Positions 29,802-40,110 of a stretch of DNA of 64,000 bases are shown piece by piece. Location: the NCBI GenBank assembly GCA_963662435.1, contig OY759598.1:62001-126000 (forward strand). Direction: 5' to 3'. The position numbers were made by a program, and so were the translations under genes. Position 1 is the stretch's first letter; each line of letters begins with the position of its first letter. The stretch comes from Dehalococcoidia bacterium. Lineage in GTDB: Bacteria; Chloroflexota; Dehalococcoidia; Lucifugimonadales; VXLM01. The notes under the pieces were generated by a model. The model did no database searches. It was not told the origin of the DNA and was given only the letters and a program-made list of their open reading frames with translations.

Positions 29802-31223
29802 CTACCCCAGGGCCACTCCGCTCCCAAGTCCCGGCTCTGTCATCGACTCGGCGTCCAGGATGTTGTCCAGTTCCACGTCCGATAGATCGGTGCGCCGGAG
29901 GGCAACTTGCTTGATCGATTCCCCTGTCTCTCCGGCCTCTTTGGCGATTGCCGCAGAGGCGTCGTAGCCTATGTGAGGCACGAGCGTCGTAACGATCGCG
30001 AGGCCGTTCTGCACCATGTCCGGGCCCTTGCTCGTTGCCGTCAGGCCTGATATGCACTGGTCGGCGAAATTGCTGCAAGAGGTGGACAGGATTTCTATGG
30101 ACTCCAGCAAATTGTGCGCCGCCACGGGCATCATGACGTTGATTTCGAAGTTACCGGACTGACCCGCGACCATGATGGCGGTATCATTTCCGATGACCTG
30201 CGCCGAGACCTGGCACACCGACTCGGGGATGACGGGATTGACCTTTCCGGGCATGATGGAGCTGCCGGGCTGAACGGCGGGCAGATCGATCTCTCCAAGA
30301 CCGGCTCGCGGTCCTGAACCCAGCCATCGAACGTCGTTCGCTACCTTCATGAGGCTGACCGCGATCGTCTTAAGAGCACCGCTCGACTCTACGATCGCGT
30401 CGAGAGAGCTCTGAGCCTGAAAGTGGTTCGTCGTCTCGCGAACGGGGACGCCGATCATCTTGGAGAGGATTTCGCACATCCTCGACGCGAATTCGGGGTG
30501 AACGTTAACGCCGGTGCCGACTGCCGTTCCTCCAATAGCAAGTTCAGAGAGGTGGGTGACGGCGCTTTGGAGCCGCTCGATTCCTCGTTCGATCTGCCCC
30601 GCGTAGCCGACGAATTCCTGGCCCAGCCGTACGGGAGTGGCGTCCTGGAGGTGCGTACGTCCGGTCTTGACGACCGGCATGAATTCCTCGGCCTTGTCCT
30701 TCAGGGCAGACTCAAGACGCGCCATTGCCGGAAGGAGTTTGTCGTGGATGGCACTCAACGCTGCGACGTGAATTGAGGTCGGAATAACGTCATTGGATGA
30801 CTGGCCGATGTTCACGTGGTCATTTGGATGCACGGGATCGCGAGAGCCACGCTCGCCTCCAAGCATCTCGATCGCGCGATTGGAGATCACCTCGTTGGCG
30901 TTCATGTTTGTCGAGGTGCCTGATCCCGTCTGGAAGATATCGACGACAAACTGCTCGTCATGTCTACCTTCGGCGACCTCTGCCGCTGCCTCGCGGATGG
31001 TGTAGGCAAGGTCTTTGTCGAGCAGCCCCAAGTCGGAGTTCACCTGAGCCGCGGCGAGCTTCACCTGGCCTATTGCCCTAATAAATGACCTAGGGAAGCG
31101 GAGAGCGCTTATAGGGAAGTTCTCCACGGCCCGCATCGTCTGTGCGCCGTAGTAGGCGTCAGAGGGCACCTCGAATTCGCCCATTGAATCTCGTTCTACC
31201 CTAAATCCTCTGTCCTGAGACAT
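29802..31223 (-). CDS. fumC: Class II fumarate hydratase
   Basis: FQTGSGTSTNMNANEV, HPNDHVN, GRTHLQDA, GSSIMPGKVNP. Confidence 0.96.
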   Translation of the reverse strand: MSQDRGFRVERDSMGEFEVPSDAYYGAQTMRAVENFPISALRFPRSFIRAIGQVKLAAAQVNSDLGLLDKDLAYTIREAAAEVAEGRHDEQFVVDIFQTGSGTSTNMNANEVISNRAIEMLGGERGSRDPVHPNDHVNIGQSSNDVIPTSIHVAALSAIHDKLLPAMARLESALKDKAEEFMPVVKTGRTHLQDATPVRLGQEFVGYAGQIERGIERLQSAVTHLSELAIGGTAVGTGVNVHPEFASRMCEILSKMIGVPVRETTNHFQAQSSLDAIVESSGALKTIAVSLMKVANDVRWLGSGPRAGLGEIDLPAVQPGSSIMPGKVNPVIPESVCQVSAQVIGNDTAIMVAGQSGNFEINVMMPVAAHNLLESIEILSTSCSNFADQCISGLTATSKGPDMVQNGLAIVTTLVPHIGYDASAAIAKEAGETGESIKQVALRRTDLSDVELDNILDAESMTEPGLGSGVALG

Positions 31224-31267
31224 CGTTCCTCCATTGGAGCTCCGGGGCCTGAGGCCCCATCGATAAG

Positions 31268-31918
31268 TTATGGCAACAACACCTGCAGCATGAAGTCGAC
31301 GACCCTCTTGGCAACAGCCTCTTCATGGTCGTTCAACCTATGGTCCGCATCGGGTATCTCGGAGAACTGAACGGGTCCGCGCAGGTCGTCAAGCAGCCCC
31401 TGCAATCTTGGCGACGGCACAACCGCATCGTTCCCGCCCACTACGAAGAGTTTCGACCGCTTGTCCTTCCGGACCGGCTGGATATCGACGGATCCCAGGG
31501 GCGGCGCGATGAGGGCGAACGCCTTCGCGGGTTTGATCTTCGAAATGGCCCGGAGGATGACTGAGGCCCCGAAGGAATACCCAATTACACCGATCTTTGA
31601 GGAGTCCACGCCGGGAAATCCCTTGAGGAAGTTCAAGGCGTGCTTTACGTCGTTCCACTCCAGGTCTCCATTTGAGAAATCTCCCTCGCTCCGAGCGACT
31701 CCCCGAAAGTCGAATCGGAGACTCGCCAGTCCACGCTCGTTTGCCTCGTACTCTAAGGCAGACACTACAGGGCTGTTCATGTCGCCGCCGAGCATGGGGT
31801 GAGGGTGACAGAGCAGAATGGCAGGGACTTTCGCCCCGCCTTCGCCGGGGGTAGCGATAACGCCATCGAGGAGAATATTCCCCGTGCTGTAGATTCCTAT
31901 GGCCGAATGCCGCATCAT
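31268..31918 (-). CDS. Alpha/beta hydrolase (COG2945-like)
   Basis: CHPHP..GG.M, LRFDFRG, GYSFG, D and H triad residues. Start chosen at MMRHS. Confidence 0.88.
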   Translation of the reverse strand: MMRHSAIGIYSTGNILLDGVIATPGEGGAKVPAILLCHPHPMLGGDMNSPVVSALEYEANERGLASLRFDFRGVARSEGDFSNGDLEWNDVKHALNFLKGFPGVDSSKIGVIGYSFGASVILRAISKIKPAKAFALIAPPLGSVDIQPVRKDKRSKLFVVGGNDAVVPSPRLQGLLDDLRGPVQFSEIPDADHRLNDHEEAVAKRVVDFMLQVLLP

Positions 31919-32138
31919 CGCCGCATTCCATGGTAGGTCACACCATGGCGTATTACAAGCGATGCATGGACGATCCCGTACTTCCAAGTGCACGCAAGTC
32001 GCCCACTACATGCAATGGGAATAGATAGGACAATTGTCCGCCAAAGCCAAATGTGCTGCCCCGTCTCTTTCGCTGGAAGTAGGACTTCGGCTAGAATCTT
32101 CTTCGTGAAATCAACCCTGTCCTGAATGGACCTGAGGA

Positions 32139-33185
32139 ATGCCCATGCGAATTGTCGACCTGCGAAGTGATACGAAGACCCAGCCAACCCCGGCCATGCG
32201 AGAGGCGATGGCGACCTCCGTGTATGGCGACGACATGGTCGGCGAGGACCCGACTGTCAATCGCCTGGAAGCCATGGCGGCGGAGATGCTTGGCAAGGAG
32301 GCCGGACTGTTGCTGAGCAGTGGGACTATGGGAAACCTCGTCCCGATCCTCGCCCTCTGCCAGCGGGGGGAAGACATCATCATCGGGGACAAGTCGCACA
32401 TCTATCGAGCGGAGGCGGGTGGCGCATCGGCACTCGGGGGAGTGGCCTACAATCCGATCACTAATCTGCCGGACGGCACTCTTGATCCGGACCAGGTTGA
32501 GGCAAACATTCACCCGGCAGACCAGCACTATTCTCCAACGAGACTCATCGCACTTGAGAACACACACAATGCCTGCAACGGGCGGGCCCTAACGCAAGAT
32601 GAGATAGCCTCCGTGGCGGAAGTGGCGCACAAGTACGACATTCCCCTGCACATAGACGGCGCGCGCCTATTCAATGCGGCTGTCGCCCTCGAAACGCCCG
32701 TGGCTGAACTCGTCAAGGACGCTGACACGGTGACGTTTTGCCTCTCTAAAGGACTAGGGTGCCCGGCCGGGTCGCTCTTGGTCGGAGATCACGAGACAAT
32801 CGAAAAGGCCAGAAGAGTTCGCAAGGTGCTTGGCGGAGCGATGCGTCAGGCGGGAATAATCGCGGCTCCGGGCATCGTGGCACTTGAGACGATGATCGAG
32901 CGTCTGGCTGATGACCATGCCAATGCGCGTAGGCTGGCACAGGGCCTTGCAGATGTCCCCGGCTTCGTAATTCAACCTGACGACGTTCATACCAATCTCG
33001 TATTCGTGACGACCACGGACGAGTTGCCAGCAGGTATCCCGGCAAAATTGGCTGAGCGAGGAGTCATGGTCGGAGACCGGGGGAACAACCTCTGGCGACT
33101 CGTCACTCACAACGATGTATCGTCGGATGACATCGACCACACCCTGACCGTCATCAGGGAGACTGTACGAGAGTCGATGGCGTAG
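32139..33185 (+). CDS. ltaE: Low-specificity L-threonine aldolase
   Basis: DLRSDT.T.PT, GDD..GEDPTV, ENTHN, HIDGARLFNA, CLSKGLG.P.GS. Confidence 0.95.
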   Translation: MPMRIVDLRSDTKTQPTPAMREAMATSVYGDDMVGEDPTVNRLEAMAAEMLGKEAGLLLSSGTMGNLVPILALCQRGEDIIIGDKSHIYRAEAGGASALGGVAYNPITNLPDGTLDPDQVEANIHPADQHYSPTRLIALENTHNACNGRALTQDEIASVAEVAHKYDIPLHIDGARLFNAAVALETPVAELVKDADTVTFCLSKGLGCPAGSLLVGDHETIEKARRVRKVLGGAMRQAGIIAAPGIVALETMIERLADDHANARRLAQGLADVPGFVIQPDDVHTNLVFVTTTDELPAGIPAKLAERGVMVGDRGNNLWRLVTHNDVSSDDIDHTLTVIRETVRESMA

Positions 33186-33228
33186 GCTCGGACTGAAGGG
33201 GCTCTTTCAAGCTGCCGAAGTCTCACTC

Positions 33229-34593
33229 CTATTCGTCGGAAGGACCTTGAGAATTTTCCGCCTCCCGTCCTTGACGCTGACTCCACCACTTACGCAGTCG
33301 CTCCCGTACCTCTAATTCGTAACCCTGGTCGCTGGGCCTGTAGTAACGATGACCTCGAACGCTCTCAGGCAGGTTTTGGGTAGGCGTGAAGCTGCCCTCG
33401 TAATCATGGGCGTACTTATAGCCTTCCCCGTACCCTAGACCCCTCATGAGTCCGGTCACGGCGTTCCGGAGGTGGAGGGGAACAGGGTCGTTTCGGGATG
33501 TCTCCACGTCCTGCATCGCCCGATTTAGCGCCACGTATGATGCGTTGCTCTTGGATGCCGTGGCCAGATAGACTGTTGCCTCGGCAAGAGGAATCTGGCC
33601 TTCCGGCATCCCGATGAAGTGAACGGCCTGCTGGGCGGCGACGGCTACGGAGAGGGCGTTCGGGTCGGCCATGCCGACATCCTCAGCGGCGAGTATGACG
33701 AGTCGACGCGCGATGAACAGCGGGTCTTCGCCGGCGTCGATCATCCGGGCGAGGTAGTATAGTGAAGCGTCCGGGTCGGAGCCTCTCATCGACTTGATGA
33801 AAGCGGATATCGTGTCATAGTGCTGATCGCCCGCCTTATCGTAGACCTGCGACCGGCGCTGGGACGCGTCTTCCACTATGCCTGCGGTAACCTCGCGTAT
33901 GCCGTTTTCGTCAGGCAAGGTGGACTGCACGGCAAGTTCCAGCGTGTTCAAGGCGATTCGGGCGTCGCCGTTGGAGAATAGAACGAGCGCCTGCATCGCG
34001 TCCTCTTTGAGTTCGGGACGTAGCTCTGCCAAGCCGAATTTATGATCACTGATCGCCTTGAACATTATCTGCTCGATCTCCTCGGCGGTAAGGGCCTTTA
34101 GCACGAAGACGCGAGATCGGGAGAGCAGCGGTGAATTGACCTCGAATGATGGATTCTCAGTGGTTGCACCTATCAGGATGACCGTCCCGTCCTCGACGTG
34201 AGGGAGTATCACGTCCTGCTGTGCCTTGTTAAATCGGTGGATCTCGTCGATAAACAGGATCGTGCGCCTTTTCTCCATGCCGAGGCGGTCCTTGGCATCC
34301 CGGGCAATCGTGCGAAGGTCGGCAACCCCGGATCCGACTGCGCTGACGGAACTGAAGTGGCTCTTTGTCACGGTGGCGATCAGGTTGGCAAGGGTCGTCT
34401 TGCCGGTGCCGGGAGGGCCCCAGAGAATGATCGAGGGTATCCGGTCCGCCTCGATGCTGCGGCGAAGGACGGTGCCGGGACCGACGATGTGCTCCTGCCC
34501 GACGAAGTCGTCGAAGGATCGTGGACGAATCCTGGCCGCCAGCGGCGCGTGCCGGTTGAGTTGTTGTCTGGCGCTGTTCTCGAAGAGAGTCAT
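33229..34593 (-). CDS. rarA: Replication-associated recombination protein A (MgsA)
   Basis: PLAARIRP, GPPGTGKT, DEIHRFNKAQQD, ATTENPSF, SAFIKSMRGSDPDA. Confidence 0.96.
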   Translation of the reverse strand: MTLFENSARQQLNRHAPLAARIRPRSFDDFVGQEHIVGPGTVLRRSIEADRIPSIILWGPPGTGKTTLANLIATVTKSHFSSVSAVGSGVADLRTIARDAKDRLGMEKRRTILFIDEIHRFNKAQQDVILPHVEDGTVILIGATTENPSFEVNSPLLSRSRVFVLKALTAEEIEQIMFKAISDHKFGLAELRPELKEDAMQALVLFSNGDARIALNTLELAVQSTLPDENGIREVTAGIVEDASQRRSQVYDKAGDQHYDTISAFIKSMRGSDPDASLYYLARMIDAGEDPLFIARRLVILAAEDVGMADPNALSVAVAAQQAVHFIGMPEGQIPLAEATVYLATASKSNASYVALNRAMQDVETSRNDPVPLHLRNAVTGLMRGLGYGEGYKYAHDYEGSFTPTQNLPESVRGHRYYRPSDQGYELEVRERLRKWWSQRQGREAENSQGPSDE

Positions 34594-34773
34594 GCTGTGC
34601 AGTCTCCGAGTAAGGATCGCGGAGTGTATGCGAAATACGGATTAAGAAAAGCCGTTAGGAGTCCGAATCTTACTATAGGAATGCCGGAAAAGGTGGCCGA
34701 ATTCATAGGGGAACGGAAAGGCCCAACTGTTGGCTAAGCCGCAGTTGTACAGGTCTATGGGACGAAAGTGAGT

Positions 34774-35250
34774 TCACATCGTGTCGAACCCATCCCAGCC
34801 GGGCAGCGCGGCCGATTGCCGGACCCACTCCGTCATCTGAACATCGTCGAGTTCACCTTCATAGATGTCGACCCAGCGGGCGTCGGGGTCCTTGCCAAAA
34901 CCTGGCGGGAGTGGCCGGAGAGACGCACCGTTTATGAAGGTGACCTTCACATAGCGAGTGAAGACGTGATAGGTCACGAACCACCCTTGTCCCTCGATTC
35001 CATACCAGGGGGAGTTCCAGCGCACGGCCTTGCGCACGTTGGGTACGGTGCGCACGATGAGGTCGTCGATGCGGCGCCCAACGTCGCTCTTCCACTCCGG
35101 CATGGCTGCGATGTAGGCCTGGACGGGGGCGTCGCCGTCGGCCTTTGCGATCTGCGGGTTCCCGCCCGAGAGAAGGACTACCTTGCCACCGTTCTTTTCT
35201 GGGTTCCTCTTCGGGGCCTTCTTGGATTTCTTGGTCGGTTTGTCTGTCAT
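34774..35250 (-). CDS. DUF1801 domain protein
   Basis: LLSGGNPQIAKADGDAPVQAYIAAMP.WK, KAVRWNSP.YG. Confidence 0.85.
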   Translation of the reverse strand: MTDKPTKKSKKAPKRNPEKNGGKVVLLSGGNPQIAKADGDAPVQAYIAAMPEWKSDVGRRIDDLIVRTVPNVRKAVRWNSPWYGIEGQGWFVTYHVFTRYVKVTFINGASLRPLPPGFGKDPDARWVDIYEGELDDVQMTEWVRQSAALPGWDGFDTM

Positions 35251-35744
35251 TGCCTTTTCTCCGCTGCCGACTGCAACTTGACGGTAAGTACCGAAACACA
35301 GGGCCGTGGGCTAATCCAACGGAAGGAGAAGACTCTCCAGTCGTGATATCAGAGGTCCGACATTCCCAACCCAATCGTCCACATGGGTATTGTGGTACAT
35401 CACAACAATGGTTCGCAAAGAGCGTCGATTCGATCCTAGTCGAGTCCTTGCGACAATAGCATGCACACTCACTCTCCTTCATTGCAAGTCTTCATCGTCC
35501 TGGACGCCGCCGTCTGCCACCCATACCTCCAACTCACTCATAGTCCCCACTCCAATCTTCCGCTGGATGGCCTTTGAACGCTGTGCCGTGCATCTATGGA
35601 GCCATCTCCAACCTGGTCCGTACCCTCGTCGAGACCTGACCCACTGGGATCGGGATCCCGCTATGTGGGCTCGTGACAAGGTAATTCGGTCGAAGTGACG
35701 GTTGTTTTTGTCCCAATGTTCGGAAACCTGCTGAATTAGGCCCA

Positions 35745-36192
35745 CTAATGTAGGTAGGAAAACCCATGGAAGCGTAAGGCATGAAGTGTCGAAGCAAGAA
35801 GGAGATGATGGGTATCTCGCCGATATTCGGACAAGCATTTCATTCGAGGGGCTGAATCCACACCCCGAGCGTGGCTTCCGTTGCCCCACCGAGGATTGTA
35901 GGCTTCGTGGACGGCCTTGGTGAATGTAGGCGTCGAGGGTGTTTGCTTATCTGCTAAGGGGTCCCTCCCATTCCCAATTTCCTCGCGGTAGTCCAATACG
36001 CGCTTCCTCGCCCACGACAGCGAGACTGTCAGATATCCACCCAAGCCTAAGCCGCGACATCGGCCTTCATTATTTGTCCGCTGCACCCAGATCCTACGGC
36101 CGCTCTTGTCCATGAACAGGAACTTTCCGTCGACGTCAGAGTAGGGACCAGGACTCCCTAAAATCCTTCACTCTTGTTGCCGACAGACTCAA
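35745..36192 (-). pseudogene. Frameshifted, truncated P4-type tyrosine integrase (arm-binding N-terminus)
   Basis: GGAGG + TTG at 36192: MSLSATRVKD, frameshift, PGPYSD...WVQR...GLGLGGY..VSL..AR...GRDP; no catalytic domain found. Confidence 0.75.
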
Positions 36193-36300
36193 GCCAGCCA
36201 ACCTCCCGATTTGTTACCACGTAAATCACCACAATTGTTAAGGGATCACAGGGATTAGGGGGGAGAACGCCGGGGATGCCCTCGTGCCGGCCAACTGGGA

Positions 36301-36326
36301 CTTAGCTACACCGTCCTTAGCTACAC
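36301..36326. repeat. 11-bp direct repeat CTTAGCTACAC x2 (possible integrase arm-type sites)
   Basis: 36301-36311 and 36316-36326, upstream of the integrase relic. Confidence 0.6.
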
Positions 36327-36385
36327 ATTTGAGGTGAAATGAGCCACGCAGAGGCCGACAGTCAATGGTAGAGAAGGTGTGAGAG

Positions 36386-36415
36386 TGGTGGACCAAGGCG
36401 TACCGAACTGCGAAT
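36386..36415. repeat. att-like site 1: core TGGTGGACC plus degenerate right arm
   Basis: Minus strand reads IRSSVRLGPP, resembling the LSR C-termini VLDFVQSGPP and VLSTVHVGPP. Confidence 0.55.
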
Positions 36416-36431
36416 GTTTCGGTGGGATCTC

Positions 36432-37106
36432 CTACTGGGATAAGGGAGAGCAGCCGGCCTTGTTGCCCGCGCGGACCTGATAGTGGGTACCGAATGACAG
36501 GTTGAAGGATCGACCCAGGTCCGTGTGGGTACTGACGGTCAGAGGCGCACTCACCGTGGTCAGCCTATCCCCGGCTCTGTACACCTCGTGGTAGGTTGCA
36601 CCCTCCACTGGGGTCCAGGTCACCACGTCACAGTCAGGGAAGACGTCAACCCTCTTCTTGACAACTCGCACGTCCTTGGGCGCCGCCGGGATGTCGATAT
36701 CGGTATCAGACTCGGTGAAACCGGCAACCGGGTCGTCAGCAAACTCGGTGCATCCAAGGTGGTTGCAAGCCCTCACTGTGTAGCAGTAGCCCTTATCCGG
36801 CTGCAGGCCATCGTCCACAAAGCCGAGAGCAGCTACCTCGGTCGCCACAATGGCGTACTCACCCTCCTCGGAACTGCTGCGTTGAACGCCGTAATACGTC
36901 GCCCGGCACTTGGCGTTCCACACGACGGCCAGGGAGGAGTCGGTCCTGTCCAACACGTACAGATTGCGAGGGGGAAATCTTGGAGGCCACTCCGGAGTTG
37001 CCACCAAGGTGGGCACGGGCGCAATGGCCGATCCGGGGTCCGGAGCAGGGACGGAACAACCCCACGCTGCCGCGGCAAGAGCAACAGCGACGCCCATCCA
37101 CGCCAT
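36432..37106 (-). CDS. Fibronectin type III domain lipoprotein
   Basis: AWGC lipobox-like; P.NL...W...Y...D.GLQP...Y.VRACN..GC; second FN3 W..V.GAT.Y...Y.VRA.N..GCS. Confidence 0.75.
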   Translation of the reverse strand: MAWMGVAVALAAAAWGCSVPAPDPGSAIAPVPTLVATPEWPPRFPPRNLYVLDRTDSSLAVVWNAKCRATYYGVQRSSSEEGEYAIVATEVAALGFVDDGLQPDKGYCYTVRACNHLGCTEFADDPVAGFTESDTDIDIPAAPKDVRVVKKRVDVFPDCDVVTWTPVEGATYHEVYRAGDRLTTVSAPLTVSTHTDLGRSFNLSFGTHYQVRAGNKAGCSPLSQ

Positions 37107-37235
37107 CCCAGGGCCATTACCCAGAAGCTTGCTTGGTCTCTTTATAATTTTGAGGGGTCCCGAATGGCGAGGCCCGGGCTCCGTCGCCAGAATCGACAGA
37201 TTCCTGGAAATCCTTATGTTCTCAGTGGCCGGACT

Positions 37236-38192
37236 CTATGGGCCGATCGGGTTGTCTGAGTCGATCTTCGAGCAACCCTCGCTATTGCAGGCCACAACCC
37301 GATAGAAATTGCCACGACGGCTGTCACGAGGTTCAGGAGAAGCATGAATGTAGTTGGTGTCAACAACATCCGTTGCCAACTTATCGCAGAATCGGGGGCT
37401 GCCCCCGTTGTCCAGTTCACATCCCGGTCCACGATCATCATAGTAGAGGACGTAGTACTCGGCCCCATCCACGGGACCCCAACTAATCTTCACCGTGGAA
37501 CCTTCCCAGGCGGCGCTCACGCCGGATGGGTTGTCCGGGGACGCGTCTATCGCAAAGGAGACCTTGAAGGTCCCGGCGCCATCGAGGGCGTACAGATCAA
37601 CATGGAACGTTCCCGCCTCAGGGGCCGTCCAACGGCGAATCAAGGGGGAGTCTGAGGAGTTAGATTGGCTTATCGAATTAACGACTGGATCAGGAGGGTC
37701 CCTAATTAGCAGGCGAACTCTCGTGATGCCTTCCCAAGACACCGCTATTAGGTACTTCTGTCCAACCTCGGCCTGCAACTGGTAGTAGGCGATCTCAGAT
37801 TCTCCCAGCGTGCCGCTTACGCTACCTCCCACGGGGATCTCTCCCCTTTCGATCTGGGATTGAGGTGGCTCCGATATGCCTTCATCTATGCAACCGGCTT
37901 CAGCCATTCGAGTTCGGATTTCCGCAACCACTCTGGCAATGGCCTGCTCTACGGGCTCGAAGTGAGGCCCAACAGTGAAGAACAACGAGAAAACGAACTC
38001 GTCCTCAGTCCGGTCACCCGGATCCTCGAGGAAGTCGTCTATTGCCTCCTTGAACGCTCCCGCAAATGCAGTCTGGAAGTCATACCATTTGGCGACTTCC
38101 GCAGGAGGCTCCAGTGCACCCATGCCCTCGATTACGAACCCGAGACCTTCGGAGAATTCCCTGAGGGAGTCGCCCTCCTCCCAGGACTCCAA
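37236..38192 (-). CDS. PPC-like + FN3 domain protein, probably 5'-truncated
   Basis: PD.P.GVSAAW...ISW.PVDGAEYY...YRVVACN..GCS; no clear start or signal peptide. Confidence 0.6.
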   Translation of the reverse strand: MESWEEGDSLREFSEGLGFVIEGMGALEPPAEVAKWYDFQTAFAGAFKEAIDDFLEDPGDRTEDEFVFSLFFTVGPHFEPVEQAIARVVAEIRTRMAEAGCIDEGISEPPQSQIERGEIPVGGSVSGTLGESEIAYYQLQAEVGQKYLIAVSWEGITRVRLLIRDPPDPVVNSISQSNSSDSPLIRRWTAPEAGTFHVDLYALDGAGTFKVSFAIDASPDNPSGVSAAWEGSTVKISWGPVDGAEYYVLYYDDRGPGCELDNGGSPRFCDKLATDVVDTNYIHASPEPRDSRRGNFYRVVACNSEGCSKIDSDNPIGP

Positions 38193-38300
38193 TTCTGACT
38201 GACCACCACAAACTGCAATCGCGGCAAGGTCGTCGAGACAGATAAACTTCGGTCCACACCTAGGGGCTCGAACGCTCCGTGAGGATGTGGTACTAGGGGC

Positions 38301-39914
38301 TCACAGACCTGCCATAGTTGGAAGACGGTTCTGTCTACTGTATAAGTCTGGTGGGCCGGACTGGACGAAATCAAGAACCGACGCCGATTCTCGGGTCACC
38401 CCGTCCCTCGGCATGGGCACCGTGTACGTCAGAACGGCTTCGTCTCCATTGACCTCAATGCCCTCGACGAAGTTGCGGATGAGCGCCTTGCGCTCAGGAA
38501 TCGTCCCGTCCTTCAGGAACTCCCGGAAGTCCGCCACGTACTCCGCTATCTCCTCGGCGTCGGGTAGGGCAACCCTGCGCTGCTCAAGCTGGGTCTCGGC
38601 GTCCTCTCGCGCAGCCTCCAGTTGCTCCTCACGGTGCCGCAGAGACATGATGCGGGGCGACAGCACCTCCAGGGTTAGGTCGCTGGTCTCGATGGCCTCG
38701 TAGAGCTTCCCCAGCCGCCTCTTCACGTCCTCAAGCTCCGCCTCGACCACCTCCAGCCTGCCCGACAACTCCCCGGCCATCGCGTCGATCTCCTCAGCCA
38801 CCAGCTGCACCAGTTCCACGATGGTCTCCTCGGTGAGTATCCGCTCCCGTATCTTCTCGACGATGAAGTCTTCCACCCTGGGGGCGTTGAGGTAGCGGGC
38901 GGTGCACGTCCCCGCTCCCTCTGTGAACAGCGTCCCGCAGATGTAGTAGGCGAACTGCCCGCTCTTGGCTCCCTGGGCGCGATAGGGCCTGCCGCACACC
39001 CCGCACTTGAGCAGCCCGCTCAGAAGATACGGACTCCCCACCCTCGCGGGCCTCTGCACCTTCGGGGCGCGCTCACTCATCGCCCGCTGAACGTCATCGA
39101 ACAGCTCCCGTGATACCAGAGCGGGCCACGCTCCCTCAACCCTTACAGGGTCCTGGGCCTTCTCTCCCTTGCTCTTGAGCCCCCACACGGCGGTTCCGGT
39201 ATACGCCTCGTTGCGCAGCACGTAGTGGAGACCGCCCTTGTACCAGCGCTTGCCCCGGTTGGTGACACCCCGGTCGTTCAGCTCCTTGCATAGCTCCTTG
39301 AGACCGTGGCCCTGAAGCGACTTCTCGAATATCTCCTTCACTACAGGGGCGGTGGCCGGGTCAACCTCCAGGGTGGGGCGCTCCTTCGCCCCGTCGCTGA
39401 CCTTCACCTTCCTGTAGCCGAAGGGGGCCTTCGAACCGAGGAAGAAGCCTCTCGACGCGGCCTCCCGCATCCCCCGGACGACCTCCTGCGCAAGATTTTC
39501 GCTGTAATATTCGTCCACGCTCTCGATGATGCCCTCAAGCAGTCTGCCGGTGGCGTTGTCCTCGGCCTGCTCGGTGATGGACACCACGCGGATGCCCTTG
39601 CGCCTCAACTGGGACTTGAATGCTACGGCGTGCTCCCGCTTGCGGGTGAATCTCGAAAATTTCCAGACAAGAATCACGTCAAAAGGAGCCTTGGGCTTGC
39701 TGCCCTCCTCGATCATCTCCCTAAACTGGGGCCGGTCGGCGACGCGGCCGCTCTCAGCCTCGTCCACGTACTCCCTTGCCACGGAGTAGCCGTTGGCCTT
39801 CGCGTACTCCTTGAGCGCCCGTAGCTGGGCGGCCACAGACAGGTCCACGTCCTGCCGGTCGCTGGACACCCTGGCGTAGAGGGCGACGGGGGTGTTGCTA
39901 TTCGTCTGATTCAT
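38301..39914 (-). CDS. Large serine recombinase LSR-1
   Basis: YARVSS, DEAESG, SRFTR, recombinase domain, Zn ribbon CGVC...C...C, coiled coil; AAGGAGG RBS before ATG 39914. Confidence 0.95.
   Translation of the reverse strand: MNQTNSNTPVALYARVSSDRQDVDLSVAAQLRALKEYAKANGYSVAREYVDEAESGRVADRPQFREMIEEGSKPKAPFDVILVWKFSRFTRKREHAVAFKSQLRRKGIRVVSITEQAEDNATGRLLEGIIESVDEYYSENLAQEVVRGMREAASRGFFLGSKAPFGYRKVKVSDGAKERPTLEVDPATAPVVKEIFEKSLQGHGLKELCKELNDRGVTNRGKRWYKGGLHYVLRNEAYTGTAVWGLKSKGEKAQDPVRVEGAWPALVSRELFDDVQRAMSERAPKVQRPARVGSPYLLSGLLKCGVCGRPYRAQGAKSGQFAYYICGTLFTEGAGTCTARYLNAPRVEDFIVEKIRERILTEETIVELVQLVAEEIDAMAGELSGRLEVVEAELEDVKRRLGKLYEAIETSDLTLEVLSPRIMSLRHREEQLEAAREDAETQLEQRRVALPDAEEIAEYVADFREFLKDGTIPERKALIRNFVEGIEVNGDEAVLTYTVPMPRDGVTRESASVLDFVQSGPPDLYSRQNRLPTMAGL
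38327..38378. repeat. att-like site 2: core TGGTGGGCC (38349-38357) with arms, inside the 3' end of LSR-1
   Basis: GGTTCTGTCTACTGTATAAGTC-TGGTGGGCC-G-GACTGGACGAAATCAAGAAC. Confidence 0.85.
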
Positions 39915-40110
39915 GGGTGCGTCCTCCTTCATATCTTCCGAAAGTTTCTCTGGTGCAGCACAGAAGCGACCCCTTCGGGAATCCAAAGACTAAACATACG
40001 TGCTTTCCAGTGTTTCGTGATCGTCTTGTAGCGTTTTCCACAATGCTCGGTGCTGCGCGAGGTCGCATTATGTAGCTCTTGCTGGTCTCTTCCGTGCGAG
40101 GTGCCACCTA

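Noticed and set aside
35479..35889. 136-aa ORF as a real gene
   Set aside because: Overlaps the decayed integrase and has no recognisable motif.
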